Under the pieces are notes generated by a model, which saw only the letters and a list, made by a program, of their open reading frames with translations, had not been told where the DNA came from and did not search any database. A stretch of DNA of 62,996 bases, the filler included. It is 11 parts of 11 records of this genome, joined end to end, with 100 filler letters (N's around TTAATTAATTAA, not from the genome) between each part and the next. Parts side by side here need not be neighbours in the genome. Positions count along the whole stretch, not along the records: positions 52,146 to 59,282 come from SRR7504441_13588; positions 59,383 to 62,996 come from SRR7504441_13602; 9 more parts are not named here. One strand, given 5' to 3'. Below are positions 56,959-62,996 of the stretch, one piece after another. The position numbers and the translations under genes were made by a program. Positions within the stretch are counted from its first letter, which is position 1. Each line of letters begins with the position of its first letter.

Positions 56959-58914
56959 ATGGCGACACCTCCAACCGATGGGGGCAGCCCGGTGCCGGGG
57001 CGGCTGCGGCTGAGCACCCACAGTTCGCAAGGGGACGTGCTCCTCTCGCCCCGCGACCAGTTTGGCGGACGGGTCGAGCCGGACAGCATCAAGCAGCGGC
57101 TCCGGGCGCTCGACCAGCAGCTACTCGCCCTCGAGCGGCGGCGGCCGGAGCAGGCCCGGTCGTTCGCCAACCCACTGAGGGACGAGCCGCCCGACGGGAT
57201 CGAGATGGACGAGCTGGAGGGAGGCGATCACGAGCTGCAGACGCTGGCCTGGCGGCTGGACCAGGTGGAGAGCCTCACCACCGAGCTGTGGTTCTTCCAC
57301 AATAAAAAGGAGCTCGAGGTGAAGCAGGTGTCCATCAAGGCCCGGGCGGTCCGGATCGACGTGATGCAGAAGATCTTGGCCATCATGACCGGGTACAGCC
57401 TGTCAAAGCTAATCACCACCTCCATAGAGGCCCAGTTCGACGATCCAAACTCGGTGGTGCCCTCAGTGGTGTACAACACCCTAGCCGCAATCTCGTTCGC
57501 GCTATTCCTGGCCCTGGCCGTCCCGCTCAAGACCCGCTGGGCTGCGGAGGAGGAGCATGGAGATAGAACGTTCACCGCCAACACGCTGCAGCTCTACATC
57601 ACAATGACGCCTGTGATCATGGCATGGGCCTACAGAGACACCGTGATCGCTTTCTGGAATCGCTACTTCACTGATGGCGACGAGTTCCCCTCTGGGACCA
57701 ACTGGCTGGTGCAGCTGACGGTGGCTCTACTCTACTGTGCCTGTGTGGCCTCTCTGGTTTTCCTCAAGTGTGTGCGGGAGGAACTATGCGATTGTGACAA
57801 GAAAGGTAACTTCTGGAACCGGCTCAAGCAGACCTTTGCCTACACGCCGCTCTCGATTGGGTGGGCTTTGAACAAATCGTTACAGACGCTCTACCTAGGC
57901 GAGATAGCTGGCGAAAACGACCCGCTTGATGACAATTCGGAACCGAGCGATAAGTGGAACGTGTGGTGCCTGTTCCTGGTGTTTGCGGTGATTTTCTCGG
58001 CTCTAATCGCACTTGCAGTCAGAGGGCTGCGATACCTGCAGACCCGAAGCAAGGAGCATATCAAGGAGAGCAAGGAGAAGCTGGATGCTGCAACTAGAGA
58101 GCATCCGGACCCTATGCTGCGGTCTCAGGAAGTCAAGACCGCGCTGTTGCAGCTGGAGGTCAAGATGGAGGCGGGGATATGGCGGCTGGAAGTGATGAGC
58201 TTCTTCGAGAAGTCGGTTGCGTTTGTGTTTGCCTGGACCTGGAACTACGTGATCCAATATCTCTGGTTTGTGATCGCTTTCAACTGCACCAGCTCCACTT
58301 CGCTCAACTCGGTTCAATGCAGCCCGGCTTCCAATTTCCTGCTGGCTGTGCTGGCCACTGTAATGATGTGGATGGCAGTCCCACGCCTGGCTGCTCAAAT
58401 CGCGTTTGCCAACAAGTCTAGGGCGAGTGAGATTGGAGGTTTCGCCTCTCACAAGGTCGGTCGCCACTAAATGCTTGCTTGACTGAGCAGTGCGCCGCAG
58501 GAGATTCTAAATGCGACAACGCGATACGTGGAGTTGATGACCAGTTCGATTGGTGTGAACGTCGGTTGGTTCTGGACAGGCTACATTGGGTCTCAACTCA
58601 ATTTCTTTTCGGAAGAGCTCCACATGAGCGAGACTGCTCTATACGCTATAGCAGTGCTGATTCTGGCCATCAGTGGGGCCTTTTTCTTTTATTTCTACAG
58701 ACATTTTGAAGCGACCCTTGAAGATGCAGAGAAGCATGCTGACGAGGAGAACCAGCAGATGAAGACGGTGCACCAACAGCAGAAGAGCATGGAAGTCAAA
58801 GAGAAGCGCGAGGAGTTCAAGCGGAAAAGCCTGGCTTCCCCTCGAGCTACGGCTTCGCCTAGGAGTCCTATGAGCAAGGAAGAACCTTCTGATGGCGGCG
58901 TCATGTGGGCATGA
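56959..58914 (+). CDS. Hypothetical multi-pass membrane protein with coiled coils
   Basis: Long ORF with about 10 hydrophobic segments; short intron near 58456-58501 joins the 58528-58914 frame. Confidence 0.6.
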
Positions 58915-59404
58915 ATTCGGTGCGATCTTGGGCTTTTGCTCCCATGCATACTCGTATGGCGCATGCACGCAAATGCACCTCTCACCGAACTAGTTAGCGA
59001 TTTTATTCTAGACGGAAGTCACGGAATGATAAGTAGTAGTGACCTTCTTTTAATACTAAGCCTAACAGACTGGAATGATAATTATCGCATCTTAATTTGA
59101 TTAATTAAGCACCTCCGTGAACACCATGAACAAAGGAGATCTGTAACGGTACGAGCAAAGACATGGTCTCTGCCGAGCTCGAGGAACGGATGCTACCGCA
59201 GGGGCCGGAAGAGGCGGCCGAGGAAGCGGCCGAGGAGGCGGACTGGGAGGAATCTTGGGTCGGCCCGCTGATCCTGCTCGGCNNNNNNNNNNNNNNNNNN
59301 NNNNNNNNNNNNNNNNNNNNNNNNNNTTAATTAATTAANNNNNNNNNNNNNNNNNNNNNNNNNNNNNNNNNNNNNNNNNNNNCCCGACTTTCTAATAAAT
59401 GTAC

Positions 59405-60972
59405 TTATATGTGCATTAATTTTTCGGAGCACAGGCTTCTTACGCTTGCCCAAACCGCATCGATCGTGTCACTCGCATCCACTTCGATTACAGGAATCTG
59501 ATGCCGTTCAAACCCACCCAGCACTTCACCCAGCCGTTGCTCAAATAGCTCAAGCCGCGCTTGTATTCCCGCCAGCGTGTCATCGGCCCGGCGGCACAGG
59601 CATCGAGGCCCCTCAACCAGCACAAAATCGTCCGAGACGTCCTCTTCTACGGGCCTAAACTGTGTGTGCATAATCGCATTCCCCTCCAGAGCCTCCAACC
59701 TTCCTAGCGCCCGCTCGGTGAGCGCCGGGGCCTCAGCTTTGAAGTGGATCACGCTTATCTGATGCTGAGGACAGTTCTGCTCAAGCCATTCATAGAGTGC
59801 ATCTAGCTGCCCCGCAGTCCTGGGCAAACCATCTAGCACCACCCCGCTGCCCGCCTGCTCAACCCGCCCGCCCACCAGCTGCACCAACAGTCCGTCTGGA
59901 ATCCTCTCGCCTGATTCGAACAAACGTCGCACCGACCAGCTCTGTTCATCGTCCGACTGCAAGGCCTCTTGGACTAGACGGCCTGGGCTCACAAGTTCCA
60001 GCCCGCCGAGCTCGGCACACAACGCGGCGGCGTGCGTGCTCTTCCCGACACCCGGCGGCCCAAACACGATGATCAGCCTCATTCGCGCTTGCTCGGGCCC
60101 AGCCGCTGGGCAGAGACCTTCTTTGCTGGGCCCACTCAGACCCCAGCCGGCTCCGAGCACCGAGCCAGCAGCCCCGCTCACCCGCGCGCTGATGGCTGCC
60201 GGGCTGGCCCAGGCCCCAATCCCCTCCACGCTCTCGCGGACCGGGCTAGGTATCAGCGCCTTGGCAGCCAGTCCCATCTCTGTGTGGACACGCAGGCCCA
60301 TGTCGGCCGGCACGCCGTACACCGCGAGCGACCACAGCTCGGTCCTGGCAGAGAAGCTTTCCTGCACAGGCTGAATCAACCATCCGCGCGCCCGGTGGCT
60401 CGCACCTCGGTGTCCACGCTCTGCCGCCGAAGCCGGCCGTCCACAAGGATCGGCGTGCGGGCCACAGTAAAGGTCACAGTGAGCGGTCGGGCCACCGTCC
60501 GGAGCAGGTCGAGCACACGCTTGAACCCTGAATTGCACACCGGGTGCGTGTTTACCCGCTGGACCAGCATCCCAGGCCGGATCTTGCCTTGGAGCTCCGG
60601 GGCCGACACCCGCGAGACGTACACACCGCGGTCGTCGGCGGTCCGCTCGATGGTGAAGCCTAGCTTACCGCGCTGCCGCCAGGTGTGCTTCACCCGTGGC
60701 TCGTCAGGGCTGCCGATCAGCGTCCAGGCGAGCAGGTCGGCCTCGGACGCATCGCGCTGGGCGCGGTGGGCTTTGATTCGCTGGGCGGGAGAGGCCGGCT
60801 CGTCGCACCGACTGCCAGTGGAGCAGAGACTGCCAGTGGAGCCCCTGGCCCGTCGCAGAGCGGCAGCCCCTGGCTCGTCGCACAGGCTGCCCGAAGAGCC
60901 CCTGCCGGTCCTGATGGAGGGCATGTTGGGCTCCCACACAGGTTGACCTTGTGCAGGACCTTTTGACCTCAT
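59405..60972 (-). CDS. PDZ-domain / adenylate kinase fusion protein
   Basis: PDZ GKLGFTI..VYVSRV..IRPGM..RVN..V..LLR..RPLTVTF; AK GPPGVGKST, LDGLPRT..Q, RADDT..RL; joined by GT-AG intron near 60362-60405. Confidence 0.75.
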
Positions 60973-61241
60973 CAACAAATGACGTTCCGCCTCTCGTGTC
61001 GCAGACTTGAAATCAGCTGACGTCGTCGTTTCAGTATCTACTATAGTTTATACAGCTGCTGTACGTACGTAGTCTACGTACCTACCCGCGCTTCAGTGAA
61101 TCTTCTAATCAGGACAGTTCAATGGCTCAGGAGCATATCAGGAGCACATGCAGATGCATTTGATATTCCGCAAGACTATCTCTGAGACTATAGAACGTAT
61201 CATTGGACAGCGCATATTCCGCGATGCACACAACCTGTACA

Positions 61242-61986
61242 TTAAGTGCAGGTGTCCCCGACCCAATTGGATGGGAAGTCTGCCGATGAGCATGAGCATT
61301 GTTTGCTTTCGGCGATCGTACTCTTGTGGCACATTGGCCTGCAGCTCGCTATGGGATAGGAGCATCCGGTGCTGGCGCTCTCGACACACTTTTTCATGTA
61401 CGGACAGCAGTAGCCAGAGGCACATTGGTCCGTGGCCATGCACTTGGCACACTTTGCCACACTCTTGGCTTTCACGCAGTCAAAGCTTCCTGTTTTCTTG
61501 GCCGCAGTCGGGGCTGGGCTCGGGGGCGGGGTAGGTGTCGCCGCGCAGCCTGTGCAGGTGTGGAGGCAGAATGTTTCGAGCGACTCAGTCCCTACCCTGT
61601 ACCTCTTCTTGCTCTTATCGAAGCAGTAGTTCCGCCAGCCGGGGCAGCGCGGGCTCTTATCCACGCACGGCGCGTCAGATTCTACGGCAGCGCAGTCCTG
61701 GCAGCCGGCGCAGGTATGCTTGTATTCACACTTGATCTGCCAGCTCTTCTCGTTCGTGGCGCACCAGGGTTCGCAAGGCGCGTCAGACAGCGCCAGGAGC
61801 TGAGGTCTCCCGGCCGCCCTCGGCACCGCTCCGTCCCCGTGCCCCGGCTCATCGTCTGGCACCCCGTCGGCCTGGGCACTGTGCAGAGCCGTGTCATCCT
61901 CCCGCTCCAGCCAGTCGTCATCACTCTGCAAGGCGCAAGTAGTCGCGAGCAGCAGCGAGAGCAGCACCGCCCGCGCTCTCGGCATT
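61242..61986 (-). CDS. Secreted cysteine-rich protein with ShKT-like domain
   Basis: Signal peptide; CVDKSPRCPGWRNYC..FCLHTCTGC; further Cys-rich modules separated by a Pro/Thr linker. Confidence 0.65.
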
Positions 61987-62996
61987 GTCGGAGATCTTTT
62001 CCACTGTTTTATTCTGCCTTTTATTCGGATCATAGATCGATACTGCAGTTGTACTGGTAGCAACCCCCTTTCTTATCACTCCGGCCTATACAGCTGTACA
62101 GATACTCGTACCGGCAGTAAGTACTTTTCGAGCAACAACGGGGTATACGCCATTTTAGCAATTAAAGGGGTCTCGCGAGCCTGTTCAAGTACAAGTTTCT
62201 AATTCAGTATAACTAGCTAGCTTGCCTTGTCCTTTTGAATTGTTTCTTGAGCTTGCCATTGCACGGTTCCACGTTTCAATCTGCATGCATCAAAGCGCAC
62301 ACGAGTTGTCTGCAGAGTATTGCTGACGCTCAAACTATTGTATGCAAGCTGAATAGACACAGGGCTAGATTGCCGGCCAAGGGCCTTGCGCATAAAGACT
62401 CGTGTCTGCCGACAGTTTGAGCCCTGGTAGCCTGCTGTGATCTTCTCGGCAACACTTCCCATATTGCACATCTCCTTGCAAGAAAGGGGGGGCGAAGTCG
62501 GTGTTGCAAAAATAGCGCTGAACGAGGTGGGTCCTCTGGTCCTCCCTTTCTGGGCCTTAGAGGATACGTCGCTTTTGAGCAGATCTCTCTGTGGCACTTC
62601 AAAATGCAGCTCCTGATAAAGCAGGCTGTCCACAACATTGCCTTTGAGAATCAAGTCGTCGCCCATGCAGACAGCGTTGCTGATAACAATCACGCTGCCT
62701 TCGACTAGGGCCGACTCGAACGGTGCTAGCGCCTCGCGAAGCTCTAAAGGTTGAGTGCTTGGCGAGGATCGACCGTTGCTTCTGCATCTTGCCAGGATCG
62801 ATCAGTGCCTATGGCGAGGTGGCGCCTCCCCGCAGCCGCCATGAGGATGCCAGTGTGCGCTGAAAGGCCGAATTCACAGGTAACAATGTTTGACCTGTTG
62901 TTGCAACTGTTTCTTGATGATCTGAAAGGCTTCAGGAATGGATTGATGAATCTGATGTAAGGCGTGTTGCTCCCACCACGGGTGATCCCGCATAGC

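Noticed and set aside
62217-62996. ORFs at the window end, and the fragment at 10030-10210
   Set aside because: No recognisable motifs or consistent splice model; cannot support a call

Overview
This is eukaryotic DNA, not prokaryotic. It comes from a gene-dense, GC-rich unicellular eukaryote (taxon not assignable by eye) with very short spliceosomal introns, mostly about 37-50 nt. The window is a pseudo-scaffold of 11 contigs joined by ten identical 100-bp artificial linkers (N44-TTAATTAATTAA-N44), so gene neighbourhood across linkers means nothing. About 30 genes can be modelled. The stand-out is a 7-exon gene at 26235-32551 (+, about 1,994 aa by my splicing) that fuses a complete RecQ helicase to a cellular RNAi-type RNA-dependent RNA polymerase (DxDGD). 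The helicase core and the first RdRP motifs lie in one uninterrupted exon. The protein also has N-terminal fascin-like, Tudor-like and chromo-like segments and an internal helix resembling the CDCA7/WDR76 HELLS-binding helix. It looks like a single-polypeptide QDE-3 + QDE-1 equivalent, possibly chromatin-targeted. Other oddities include a polytopic-membrane Ariadne-type RBR ligase with a CPH-like domain, a kinase with several TIR-like repeats, an N-myristoylated CAAX-less small GTPase, PDZ-adenylate kinase and methyltransferase-GGCT fusions, frequent GC-AG introns, one probable GA-AG intron, and a recurrent intronic (TGT)GGCTGAG motif. All domain calls are by motif recognition; no searches were run.
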